From NCBI GenBank assembly GCA_964549615.1, contig CAZJVP010000076.1, positions 33,802 through 97,801 of the forward strand: 64,000 bases of DNA, written 5' to 3'. Origin of the DNA: an uncultured Thermococci archaeon (GTDB taxonomy: Archaea > CAYQAE01 > CAYVLA01). The position numbers and the translations under genes are program-made. The notes beneath the pieces were generated by a model. The model was given only the letters and a program-made list of their open reading frames with translations, ran no database searches and was not told the DNA's origin. Of this stretch, positions 45,989 through 55,662 are shown in pieces; position 1 is the stretch's first letter; every line of letters starts with the position of its first letter.

Positions 45989-48526
45989 TTGGGAGACACC
46001 GAGATAAGATTGTCCGCAATGCCGGAGAAAATGATCAACGACGGCAACTGCAAGAGCAAGATAGTACTGGAGGTCCTCGAGAAGGGCAAGCCGGCCTCAA
46101 AGGTCTGGCTTTTCGTTGCAACCACCCTGGGCGAGCTGTATGGACTGGGAGAGTCGGAGCTTGAGAGGACTGAGCATGACGATCTTGTAATGCTCAAGAT
46201 CAGGACCGATGAAAAGGGAACTGCCAGCCTGGGCCTCAAGCTTCCGGCAAAGGTCGTCGGGGCGGGCCACGTCGCCGCGGCGAAGAAGAAGGGCGAGGTC
46301 TCCGCTGCCCTGAACAAGGCAGCCGCGGGAAAGATTGAGGCCAAGAGGGCGGACGGCGTGGGGCTGTGCAAGGTCTCCCTGGAGGCCGGGAAACCCGAGA
46401 AGATCCTCCTAGAGGCGGACCGATCCGAGGTGGTGGCCGACGGGAGCACAACGGCCACGGTCTCGGCGCTCGTTACCGATGCCTACGGGAACCCGATAAG
46501 GGGCCAGGAGGTGTCCTTCGAATCCGATCTCGGCAGCCTTGATCCGGACAGGGTAAACTGCATGACGGATGAGGAGGGCCGGGCCACCACGACAATATCG
46601 TCCCAGAGGGTAGGCCTGGCGAGGGTGAGGTGTAGCAACCGGTACAGAAGCTGGATCAACGATGTGGCGCCGGATCTGGCGAAGAAGGAAAAGGGTTTCC
46701 TGGGGCTGCTCAAGGAAAGAAGCCCGCCCGCTCTGGGTAGCCTTCCGAGGCAGAAGGAGGTTCTCACCGCCGAGGCCGCAATAAGGTTCGTGGCATCCAG
46801 GCCCTCCAACATCATTCTTGCGACGGATCGTCCAACCCTTCCGGCTGACGGAAGGTCTGAGGCCTGCATCACCGCAGAGGTGAAGGATGAGTATGGTAAT
46901 CCCGTCGAGGCGGAGGGGGTGTTGTTCGAGACCGACTTGGGCGAGGTCCGTCCGACGGGGCAGGTGGCGACGGGGCCGGATGGCAAGGCAAGCGCATATG
47001 TGAAGTCGACAAAGGTCGGTCCAGCCTCGGTTAGAGCTAGAACCGCAGGCCCGGAGGCCTTGCTGTCGGCGGTCGAGGTCGTCTTCGAGGCGGCATCCCC
47101 AGCTAGGATGGACCTTCAAACCAGCCTCGAGAGGGTCGTGGCTGATGGCAGGAGCGAATGCCTGCTGGTCGCCACCGTCGTGGACGAGGCCGGAAACCCC
47201 GTCCCCGGAAGGACGGTCAACTTCCAAACCGACCTTGGGACCATTCAGAACGGTGGGGCTGCGACGACGGATAAGGACGGGAAGGCCGAGGCCCGCCTGG
47301 TTTCGCGCGTCGCCGGAAAGGCACACGTCAAGGCCGCCTGCGGCGACCTGAGCTCAAGCCTCGAGGTCGAATTCGTGCCGGGCAAGCCGGCCTCTTTTGC
47401 GATATCCCTGAACCCCACCATGGAGCAGGGGTGGAAGGAAAGGATCCCGGCGCAGCACATCGAGCGCCTCGGGCAGGCCCTGAAGCACCTGGAGGAGAGG
47501 AAGTTCTCCGAGGCGATCAGGATACTCGAGGCGGAGCAGACCCAGATGGAGGCGACCTCAAACTATTCCGCGCTCTGCGATCTGGCCTACGCATACCAGC
47601 AGGCGGGGCGCAAAGCCGAGGCCGAGAGGCTGTACAACTACCTGCTCCAAAGCAACGGCCGCAGGAAGGAGATCCGGGTGAAGGCGGGCGAGCTTGAGGA
47701 AGCGTTCGGGATCGTTCTGCCGGAGGCCGACGGAAGGAAGGAGGCGGCGTCGAAGGAGTTCATGGAGCTGGACCCGCGCGACTACCTGATCAACGTCGTG
47801 GTCACCGACGACCAGGGCAACCCGATCCCGGATGTTGAGGTGCATTTCGCTGCGAACTTCGGTTGGGTGCCGGAGGAGTTCAGGAGGGGGCGCACAAATG
47901 CCGCGGGTGCGGCAAGCTCGCTTGTGACGACCTTCGCCCCATTGGGCTCATCGGAGGTTGAGTTCGCATGGGTCAACCTGGGCCTGATGAAGGAAAACGC
48001 GCTGGACTACGCGGGAGCCCAGCGATGTTACAGGTCCGCCATCCAAGCAATTCCGGGCTCGACCCGGGCGCTTGAATGCCTCGCATCGGTGCTTGTCAAG
48101 ACCGGTGATGTCGAGGGGGCAAAGAAGTGCTACTACAACCTGGGCAGGGCGTGGTCGGCCAAAGGCCAGCCTGCCAAAGCCATCGAGTACTTCGGCAAGG
48201 CGATAGAGCTTGACCCAAGGTACGCGAAGGCCCTTGCAGGATACGGGGCGGCATGCCTCAGGCTTGGGGAAACCGAGAGGGCCCGGAGGTACCTTGAAGA
48301 GAGCATCAAGATCGACAGATCGCTCAAAGCGCCGCTCGCAAACCTTGGCCTGCTGTACTACCTGGTCGGGAAGTTCGACAAGGCGATCGAGATGAACAAG
48401 AGGGCCCTCAAACTTGAGCCGAACTTCAAGCCGGCCTTGATCAACCTCCAACAGATACACATGGCGAACGGCGAGAGGGAGAAGGCAAACGAGTACCTGG
48501 CAAGGATCAGAAGCTTGGGAGGCTGA
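45989..48526 (+). CDS. Invasin-type Ig (Big_1) repeat plus TPR protein
   Basis: Repeats of ADGxxxxxxxAxVxDxxGNPV...F.TDLG...TDxxGxA; TPRs such as YYNLG..A..YF.KAIELDP.YA.A. Confidence 0.85.
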   Translation: MGDTEIRLSAMPEKMINDGNCKSKIVLEVLEKGKPASKVWLFVATTLGELYGLGESELERTEHDDLVMLKIRTDEKGTASLGLKLPAKVVGAGHVAAAKKKGEVSAALNKAAAGKIEAKRADGVGLCKVSLEAGKPEKILLEADRSEVVADGSTTATVSALVTDAYGNPIRGQEVSFESDLGSLDPDRVNCMTDEEGRATTTISSQRVGLARVRCSNRYRSWINDVAPDLAKKEKGFLGLLKERSPPALGSLPRQKEVLTAEAAIRFVASRPSNIILATDRPTLPADGRSEACITAEVKDEYGNPVEAEGVLFETDLGEVRPTGQVATGPDGKASAYVKSTKVGPASVRARTAGPEALLSAVEVVFEAASPARMDLQTSLERVVADGRSECLLVATVVDEAGNPVPGRTVNFQTDLGTIQNGGAATTDKDGKAEARLVSRVAGKAHVKAACGDLSSSLEVEFVPGKPASFAISLNPTMEQGWKERIPAQHIERLGQALKHLEERKFSEAIRILEAEQTQMEATSNYSALCDLAYAYQQAGRKAEAERLYNYLLQSNGRRKEIRVKAGELEEAFGIVLPEADGRKEAASKEFMELDPRDYLINVVVTDDQGNPIPDVEVHFAANFGWVPEEFRRGRTNAAGAASSLVTTFAPLGSSEVEFAWVNLGLMKENALDYAGAQRCYRSAIQAIPGSTRALECLASVLVKTGDVEGAKKCYYNLGRAWSAKGQPAKAIEYFGKAIELDPRYAKALAGYGAACLRLGETERARRYLEESIKIDRSLKAPLANLGLLYYLVGKFDKAIEMNKRALKLEPNFKPALINLQQIHMANGEREKANEYLARIRSLGG

Positions 48527-48530
48527 TCGG

Positions 48531-49124
48531 TTGTCGACCGACGTGATGGAGCCGGCCGGCGAGAACGACCTTTGCCGGCTCGTCAGCGTTTTTTCGACCG
48601 CGACGAGGCAGAGGATCATCAAGCTCCTTGCGTCGGGCGGCTCGTATACCTTCACCGAGATCCTAAACCACCTCAGGACGTTTGACCCCAGCGTGAGGTC
48701 CAACAACCTCAGCTACCACCTGAAAGAGCTGGGCGACCTGATAGAGCAGGACGAGAAGGCGGAGTACAGGATCACGGCGAAGGGCCTGTACGTCAAGGAG
48801 GTCCTGGACGACCTCGAGGCGACCACGGCGGTTGCCAACCAGCCGGCCCCGGAAGCCCCCAGGCCTGGGACCGGCATCGAGAAGGTCGTCATTGGGGGCA
48901 TGCTCGTGAAGCTTTCCCCGGCTAGCTTCTTGAGGATGGCTAGGGAGTCCGGGAAGCTCGTCATACACAGCAAGATCGGAGCGTTCCGGCCGAAGGAGAT
49001 CTACATCACCTGCATAGACGGCATCAGCTACTACTGCAAGAGCAAGAAGCTGCTTGAGGGACTGGAGAGGGTGAGCGAGGCGACCAGGATAGAGATTCCC
49101 ACGAACATGATCGTGGACATCTAG
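48531..49124 (+). CDS. Winged-HTH (ArsR-like) protein with unknown C-terminal domain
   Basis: RQRIIKLL...TFTEI...NLSYHLKELGDLI...YRIT.KG. Confidence 0.8.
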   Translation: MSTDVMEPAGENDLCRLVSVFSTATRQRIIKLLASGGSYTFTEILNHLRTFDPSVRSNNLSYHLKELGDLIEQDEKAEYRITAKGLYVKEVLDDLEATTAVANQPAPEAPRPGTGIEKVVIGGMLVKLSPASFLRMARESGKLVIHSKIGAFRPKEIYITCIDGISYYCKSKKLLEGLERVSEATRIEIPTNMIVDI

Positions 49125-49219
49125 TCGAAGTTTCTTGACCCAGCTACTTACGGTTCTTGACCGAGCTTGTCAAGGAAGGCTGACGCGATAAGATTTGAGC
49201 AACGGGTCCTGAATATTAT

Positions 49220-49236
49220 GCGAAACCTTTATATTT
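49220..49236 (+). promoter_or_regulatory. BRE/TATA of the pilin gene
   Basis: GCGAAACCTTTATATTT. Confidence 0.6.
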
Positions 49237-49346
49237 TCTGCTGCAAATAGGCATCTGCGCCAAAAATAGTGCGTCCGAAAAGCACTCGAATATCGGCTCA
49301 ATGCCAATGCTTTTGTGGTCGACAAGTTTGCGGGAGGTGAGAAAGG

Positions 49347-49799
49347 ATGTTTAGTGAGAAGCGCGCAATCACGCCTGTCATAGCGACTCTCTTGCTGATC
49401 GCCATCACGGTTGCAGCGGTTGCAGGGTTCTACATCTTCTACAACAACTTCATCAGGCAGCAGAATGTGGGGAGTAGGCAGCCATCCGTTGTCATCCTGG
49501 GTCCCAGCACCGGATCTACGGGCGATGCGGTCACGGTCTCCATCAAGAATACCGGAAACGTGGACATCCCTAGCATCACGGTGCGACACAACACTGCGGC
49601 CTTGGGTACATGGACTACCGCATTGAGTTTCCCAGCGGTCAATGCTACCAGCCCCCTCAGACCGAACCAAGTGATCACAGCCACAGGCACGTTGAATGCT
49701 CCGTCGACCTCGGCCCCGCCACGCTGGGAGGTGCAGGTGACGGCTAGCACGGCCGGCGGAAGCAGCGTAATGGACGTTCTGGTGATCAAGCGGGAGTAA
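49347..49799 (+). CDS. Archaeal type IV pilin (class III signal peptide), probable major pilin
   Basis: MFSEKRA|ITPVIATLLLIAITVAAVAGFY; Ig-like domain with IKNTG; GGAGGTGA SD; own promoter. Confidence 0.93.
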   Translation: MFSEKRAITPVIATLLLIAITVAAVAGFYIFYNNFIRQQNVGSRQPSVVILGPSTGSTGDAVTVSIKNTGNVDIPSITVRHNTAALGTWTTALSFPAVNATSPLRPNQVITATGTLNAPSTSAPPRWEVQVTASTAGGSSVMDVLVIKRE

Positions 49800-50125
49800 G
49801 GCCCATGAACCACTCTCTCCTTGGGAATGCAGTCCAGGGACCCGACTGTTTCGCTGGTGTGCGATCGATGGTCGCTTCCCCGGCTTGCATTCTTTTTTCC
49901 CGTTTCTTCGTTTTCGGCATCACATTTGTCACGACATTGTTGGGGTTAGGATTTGAGCCGGCATCTGGGGCTGTCTCGTATTCTCGCCCATATGAGCAGT
50001 GTTCGAGGTCTTCGTGTTGGTCCACGGCTGGATAGCGGGGGGGTCAGTGGAGGAGGGCGGCGTTTGAGCTCCCTCCGTTCTCAAGCAAGACAAGTGGTGG
50101 ACGAGTTCCGTGGTAGTTGAGGTGA

Positions 50126-50361
50126 TTAGCCGAGGCCCGAGCAAAGACGATCTAGGCCTAGGCGAAAAATGTAGTATAGCGATAGACAACTCATGATCGC
50201 CCAGATGTTGCATACCGCGGCAAAGGCCATGGACAGGTTCACGGCGAGCAGGGCTGCAGAGCCGCCTTGAGAAGCGCTCCGGACCGGCACAGCGTGATGA
50301 GGATAAAGGTGATGAGGCACGAGTGGAGGGCCTTGTAGGCGACGAAGAGAACTGATCCCAT
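50126..50361 (-). pseudogene. Possible frameshifted remnant of a small membrane protein
   Basis: MGSVLFVAYKALHSCLITFILITLCRSGALLKAA continues in another frame as AALLAVNLSMAFAAVCNIWAIM. Confidence 0.3.
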
Positions 50362-50478
50362 CCGGGCGAGTTCCTGACAGGGGGGCCCGGACTTTGTGAA
50401 AACCTGATACGTGAGTAAGTTTTGCGCGAATTTTCGCGCTGGCAGCCGAAAAAGTAGAAAAAGGCACAATTAGAGTCT

Positions 50479-51390
50479 TTGGTTGTGCGGGTTCTTGACC
50501 TAGAAAATGTCAGGAAGAGATACGGCAGATTCGTTGCACTGGACGGCGTCACCATTCAGGTTGAGGCTTGTCGGTGCTTCGGACTGATCGGTCCAAACGG
50601 CGCCGGCAAGTCCACCCTTGTTAGGATTGCCGCGGGCATACTGACCAACTACGAGGGCCGGGTTCGTGTGTTCGGTCTGGACATGAGGAGGGAGGCCGGC
50701 GAGGCGAAGAAGAGGATCGGATACCTGCCGGAGGAACCGAGCCTATATCCCAGGCCGACGGCGCGGGATCTTCTGAAGTACTTTGCTCGGCTCTACGGCT
50801 GCCAGGCGACTGAAGAGAGGATCGATGCTGTGCTGTCTTTCGTTGGCCTGCGGGACAGGGCGGATGATAGGGTTGGGAACTTCTCCAAGGGCATGAGGCA
50901 ACGGCTTGCGATAGCAAGGGCGTTGGTGCATGAGCCTGACCTACTCATGCTTGACGAGCCCACGATGGGCCTGGACCCGGCCACGGCAGACCGCATAAGG
51001 AGCTTCATGCTGGCCGAGAGGGAGGAAGGTAAAACCATCCTTCTTTGCACCCACTATATGGACGAGGCCGAGGCCCTGTGCGACAGGGTCGGGGTCATTG
51101 ACGGGGGCAAGCTTGTCGCCTCGGGCACGGTCAGCGAGATAAAGCGACTGTGCGGGCCGGAATCAAACAGGCTCGAGGTCCTGCTGGAGAACCCCAGCCT
51201 GAACGAGGCCCAACTTTCGGTTTTCAAGTCCTACCGGATGATCCCCAATGGGATAACCGGGGAGGCCGATATGGATGAGGCCTATCGTGCGCTGCGGCCG
51301 AACGGCGTGATCTCGATCCGTCAAGTCATGCCGAGCCTCAAGGAGTGCTTCATCATGCTCACGAAGAGGGATGGGATTGAGGCCGAATGA
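50479..51390 (+). CDS. ABC-2-type exporter ATPase (NatA/DrrA-like)
   Basis: GPNGAGKST, FSKGMRQRL, LDEPTMGLDP, THYMDEAE.LCDR. Confidence 0.95.
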   Translation: MVVRVLDLENVRKRYGRFVALDGVTIQVEACRCFGLIGPNGAGKSTLVRIAAGILTNYEGRVRVFGLDMRREAGEAKKRIGYLPEEPSLYPRPTARDLLKYFARLYGCQATEERIDAVLSFVGLRDRADDRVGNFSKGMRQRLAIARALVHEPDLLMLDEPTMGLDPATADRIRSFMLAEREEGKTILLCTHYMDEAEALCDRVGVIDGGKLVASGTVSEIKRLCGPESNRLEVLLENPSLNEAQLSVFKSYRMIPNGITGEADMDEAYRALRPNGVISIRQVMPSLKECFIMLTKRDGIEAE

Positions 51391-53170
51391 CGACGGCCTC
51401 CTCGCCGTCGTAGAATTCGAGACCGCCGCCACGCTTGCCGACCGAAGGTATTTGGTTGCGCTACTCCTGCAGACCCTCATGTTGGCCATCATGGTCCCCA
51501 TGCTCGTCGAGTATGCACGCGACGTCAGCCAGGGAATGGATGTTCTTTCGTCAAGGGCCGAGGGTTTTGCCCCGATCGGAGTATGGGGAGAAGGGGGCTC
51601 GCTTCTTGAGACCATGTTGCACGAGGAGAAAAGGCTCAAGCTGGAGCATGTCGGGTCGGAGGCTGAGGCCTGGGCAGGCCTTGAGTCAGGCAGGTTCTGC
51701 TTGATAGTCGGGATTACGAGCGTGCCCGAGATGACGATTCGCTACGTGGTAAACCACCGGGATCCACGCTCGGCCTCGGCAAGGGCGATCCTAGAGCTGG
51801 TTTTTGCGTCGTACCAGAGGACGAAGCAAAGGACTCTTCTCCAAGAGGTTGCTGCCCAAGCTCCAGCGGGGGACTGGAATCTGTCCCAGAACGGGGTCGG
51901 ATCGCTCGTCGACTCCTACCTCCGGCCGATCAGGTTGAAGGTCTCAAGCATCCAGGCCGCTTCCACCCTGCCCAGCGACCTTGGAGACCGGCTGAACTCG
52001 ACCGCGTCCCTGGCTCAAGGTTTCGGCAGCCCTGAGGGGAAAACCAGTGCCGACTCAGGTTCCGATGGTGGGCAGTTTTTCTCGCTGGTCTTGCTGTCAT
52101 TTGGGCTGTTCTTCCCGCTTCTCTCTAGCTCGGGCATCCTGATCGAGTCGGTGATCAGCGAGAAGGAACGCCGCACCGTGGAGGCCCTCCTCGCGGCTCC
52201 AAGCCGACCAAGAAACTTCCTGATCGGCAAGTTCGTTTCAGGCTTTCTCCTCTCATCTCTTCAGGTTCTTGCCCTGCTGTTCCTTCTTGCATGCTTGATG
52301 AGGATCCTGAACATACCCGCAGTCGCCGGCTGCATCCTGATTATCTCCTTCATGGTCCTCTCCGCCGCGACGCTCGTTTCGACCTTGTGCATGGGATCAA
52401 AGGAGGTCAATCTGGCCGCAACAATCCTGTACGTCGTAGCCTTCGTATTGCTTCTGGGCCCCCTGATCTTGCCAGGCTCGTTGGCATGGATCAGTCCCTT
52501 CACGCCGTTGGTGAGGCTTGCGGCCGGGGGGCAAGTGGACCCAGCTAGCGCTGCGGCGCCGCTTCTAGGGTCACTGGTCATTTCGGCAGTTCTGCTCTTC
52601 GTTTCCGATTCGATCTTCGGAAGGGAGGAGTTCTTGTTCGGCCCCAGGCCGTCATTCAGGGAACTGCTCAGATCCTGGGTGGAGGGAAGGACGCGCGGCT
52701 TCGGGTCCCAGGCCCTGTGGGTCGCCGGTATGGCGGCATTCGCCACGGTTCCTGCGATGATCTTCCCAAGCCTTTTCCTGCTGCCATCCGTTGCCTTCTT
52801 CGGCCGCTTCGGGTTCTTCATCGCCCTTGTCTTTGCCGCGTTCGTCGAGGAGTACTTCAAACCGTATGGCGTGTACGTTCTCTCGCCCAAACTTGCTGCC
52901 GGGAGGTTGGTTGCTTTTGGGGCGCTGTCAGGTTTGTCGTTTTCCTGCGTTGAGAACGTGCTCTTCACGTTCGCCCTCCTCGGCACCGGCGCTCTCACCG
53001 GGCCTCTGGTCCTAGCACGTTACTGTCTCGCCCCGCTTGTCCACGTCGGGCTAAGCATCCTTGTCGTTCTGGGACACTCCAAGGGCCGCGGCACCAAGAT
53101 ATTGGCCCTCACGGCCGCCTCGTTCGCCCATGCCTCGTACAACCTCCTGGCCCTGCTCGTGGTGACCTAG
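51371..53170 (+). CDS. ABC-2 permease (NatB-like) fused to a PrsW-family intramembrane protease
   Basis: SEKERRTVEALLAAP...GK; C-terminal AFVEEYFKP, GLSFSCVEN, LVH, HASYN. Confidence 0.85.
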   Translation: MGLRPNDDGLLAVVEFETAATLADRRYLVALLLQTLMLAIMVPMLVEYARDVSQGMDVLSSRAEGFAPIGVWGEGGSLLETMLHEEKRLKLEHVGSEAEAWAGLESGRFCLIVGITSVPEMTIRYVVNHRDPRSASARAILELVFASYQRTKQRTLLQEVAAQAPAGDWNLSQNGVGSLVDSYLRPIRLKVSSIQAASTLPSDLGDRLNSTASLAQGFGSPEGKTSADSGSDGGQFFSLVLLSFGLFFPLLSSSGILIESVISEKERRTVEALLAAPSRPRNFLIGKFVSGFLLSSLQVLALLFLLACLMRILNIPAVAGCILIISFMVLSAATLVSTLCMGSKEVNLAATILYVVAFVLLLGPLILPGSLAWISPFTPLVRLAAGGQVDPASAAAPLLGSLVISAVLLFVSDSIFGREEFLFGPRPSFRELLRSWVEGRTRGFGSQALWVAGMAAFATVPAMIFPSLFLLPSVAFFGRFGFFIALVFAAFVEEYFKPYGVYVLSPKLAAGRLVAFGALSGLSFSCVENVLFTFALLGTGALTGPLVLARYCLAPLVHVGLSILVVLGHSKGRGTKILALTAASFAHASYNLLALLVVT

Positions 53171-54340
53171 TTGGATGCTCAAGTCGTCCGTGCCATCGCT
53201 TCCAAGGAGCTTGCCGACATCCTTTCCCAGAGGGTCTACTGGCTCGCTTTCGCGCTGGAGCTCATAGTGGTTCTGGGGATCATCCTTCTCGGGGTCGCCT
53301 TTGCCAGCTTGGCCAACCCTGACAAGACTGCCTACAACCTGCCCGCCTTGGGGCTCCAACTGGGCTTGCTCGAATCGAGCCGTTCGCCCTCCGGCCAGAT
53401 CATACTGGACTGCTTGGTGGGCGAGAGGATAGAGCTCCGGCCATTGAGCGATCTTGACGCGGCCAGGAGAGAGGTGGAAAGCGACAGGCTAATGGGAGCG
53501 ATCGTGATAGGCGAGGAGAACCGCTCCGACCAGACCATCCCGGTTCTGCTCCTTACCGATCCCTCTAAACCCTACGAGAGCGTGGTGAGGGCCAGGGTGG
53601 AGAACGCAGTGGAGGAGGCGAATGAGAGGCTGTCCTCCCTCCGGGTGGCGTCCCTTGGCCTGGAGGGAGCAGCGTCCCTTTCGGTCTCCGCCTCCTTTGT
53701 GGGCAGGTCCAGCCTGCCGATGTCCTCGCCCGACTTCGTCGAGGCCATGTACCTCATGATCGTTCCCCTGGTCCTCATCCTGCCCATCCTGCTCTCGGCG
53801 AACATAACGTCGGACTCCATAGTGGGGGAGAAGGAGGCCGGAACCTTGGGGATATTGATGGCCTCCCCGGTCTCCAGGTTCGACATTATCCTGGGAAAAG
53901 TCCTTCCCGTGTTGGGCTTGGCGAATCTGCAGCTTGTCGCCTGGATCTTCCTGCTGGAGAACAACCTTCTCGGCAGGATCACGATATTCAACAAGGGGCC
54001 CCTCCTCCTTCTCCTCAACCTAGGCGGGCTATGTTTCATTGGGGCAACGGTTGTGGTGTCCGCGAAATCCGAGTCCTCAAAGGAGAGCAACCTCTACCTG
54101 ACGCTTCTTGTAATCGCGCTCATCTTTCCCCTGCTTTTGGGCCTCCCCGACCTCGGGCCTGCGACGCGGATCGTTGATGACCTCTTGCTCGTGAGGCTCA
54201 TCGCGAATGCGGCGGCCTCCCCGCGGCTGCCGCTTGGGGAGCTGGCAGGGGATCTCTGCGTGCTGGGCGGGGCGGCCTTGGTGGTCCTTGGGGCGTGCGT
54301 TCTTTCCATCAAGGGCCTTGAGCCGCCCCCGAGCAGGTGA
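53171..54340 (+). CDS. ABC-2 permease (NatB-like)
   Basis: IASKEL, SIVGEKEAGTL.ILMASPVSR.DIILGK. Confidence 0.9.
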   Translation: MDAQVVRAIASKELADILSQRVYWLAFALELIVVLGIILLGVAFASLANPDKTAYNLPALGLQLGLLESSRSPSGQIILDCLVGERIELRPLSDLDAARREVESDRLMGAIVIGEENRSDQTIPVLLLTDPSKPYESVVRARVENAVEEANERLSSLRVASLGLEGAASLSVSASFVGRSSLPMSSPDFVEAMYLMIVPLVLILPILLSANITSDSIVGEKEAGTLGILMASPVSRFDIILGKVLPVLGLANLQLVAWIFLLENNLLGRITIFNKGPLLLLLNLGGLCFIGATVVVSAKSESSKESNLYLTLLVIALIFPLLLGLPDLGPATRIVDDLLLVRLIANAAASPRLPLGELAGDLCVLGGAALVVLGACVLSIKGLEPPPSR

Positions 54341-54456
54341 GAATCAATTGAATGGTTCCCATTGCCAGTCAGGGTGGAGTTTTGGCTTGGGACCGCACCT
54401 CGGTATTTATTATTGCGGGCGGGTTCGCGGACTACGGTAGTTAGTTCAATTATGCT

Positions 54457-54473
54457 GAATAATATTTAAATAG
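54457..54473 (+). promoter_or_regulatory. BRE/TATA of the pilin-like operon
   Basis: GAATAATATTTAAATAG. Confidence 0.6.
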
Positions 54474-54524
54474 CGGAAACCAAGCTAGAACTATTCACAC
54501 AGACCGGGGCAGCGGGGTCGCTAC

Positions 54525-55652
54525 TTGGGATATGGTCGTCTCCTTCAGAGGTTCCGGCAGGACCAGCGGGCGTTGGAGATGGACTACATGCTTTCCCTCG
54601 TCGTCTTCATACTGTCCCTCGCCTTCACCTTCCTCATCCTCACACAGTACATGGATCTTAAGGCCGTGGAGGTGGGGGAGGTCAACCGCAAGCTTGCCTG
54701 CTTGAGGCTCGTGGATGACCTCACGGGCTCGCCCGGCTGGATCGGCGGCAGGACGGACTGGGAAGCCTGGGTTTCACTGCTGGATTTGCAGGAAAAGGTG
54801 AACGACGAAAGCCTATCACTCGGTCTGCGCAGGAACGACCGTTTCTTCGGATTCGACATCATCGTCCCGGCGGCCTCCGATCCGGTGATGCAGACCGCGG
54901 GGCAGGACTCCATCCTGAGCGTGGTGGAAGCGCTGAAAAAGGAGGGGGCGGCCGTCGTGGAGGCCGGCGGCGTCTGCCAGGCGGTGTTTCTTGTAGATAC
55001 CTTGAGCCAGAATGGCTCGATAGTCTTCCCGGGATCGGTCGACAACGCGACCACGCACATCGGAACCTTCTTCGCGGGAGGGGAGCTGACCATCCTGGTC
55101 TCCGATACCAGGGCGGATGGAGCGCTTCGCTACGACACGATCCTCGTGGGCAACACAACGCTGAGGGAGGGGGAGCAATTCACCGCTGGGGGCAGGGACT
55201 TCCAGGTCAGGACGATCGACCAGGAGAGGGTCCTCCTCTCAGGGTACGTCGTTGACGGATTCATACTGCCGAATCTGGACCTGCACTTCCACGACCTAGC
55301 CGTCCGGATGCTCTCCTCAGCCGGGGTTAGGTACAGCTACTGTCAACGGTTCGTAAGCGCAGGTTCAAGCGTCGAGTACGCCCTGTTCTGCAGGAGCAAG
55401 GACAAGTTCGTTGGAGATCTCATCGAGCTGAGCACGCGAAAGATCGAGGCGCTGCGGGACTTCGTTCCCTACGGGATAGCGAAGGCCCTTCTTGGGCTTC
55501 AGTACGACTTCAACCTCAGGCTTACGCGGGATCGTGATGGGGCCGTCCTCCTCGACTATGGGGAGCTTGTGCCGGTCTCCGACACTGCAAGGGCCGAGAG
55601 GCAGGTTGGCCTTGACGGCGAGCCATGCACCCTGGTGGTCAACGTATGGTAG
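54525..55652 (+). CDS. Pilin-like protein (putative class III signal peptide)
   Basis: DQRA|LEMDYMLSLVVFIL.., L...PG..W motif, C-terminal ERQV...TLVVNVW typical of archaeal minor-pilin-like families. Confidence 0.6.
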   Translation: MGYGRLLQRFRQDQRALEMDYMLSLVVFILSLAFTFLILTQYMDLKAVEVGEVNRKLACLRLVDDLTGSPGWIGGRTDWEAWVSLLDLQEKVNDESLSLGLRRNDRFFGFDIIVPAASDPVMQTAGQDSILSVVEALKKEGAAVVEAGGVCQAVFLVDTLSQNGSIVFPGSVDNATTHIGTFFAGGELTILVSDTRADGALRYDTILVGNTTLREGEQFTAGGRDFQVRTIDQERVLLSGYVVDGFILPNLDLHFHDLAVRMLSSAGVRYSYCQRFVSAGSSVEYALFCRSKDKFVGDLIELSTRKIEALRDFVPYGIAKALLGLQYDFNLRLTRDRDGAVLLDYGELVPVSDTARAERQVGLDGEPCTLVVNVW

Positions 55653-55662
55653 GTGGGGATAG

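Noticed and set aside
42070-49799. Archaellum operon
   Set aside because: Two TadC-like genes, a short pilin and no arlF/arlG fit a pilus better.
49935-49970. T-loop-like GGCTCAAATCC on the minus strand suggesting a tRNA
   Set aside because: No T-stem, acceptor stem or anticodon arm pairing could be built.
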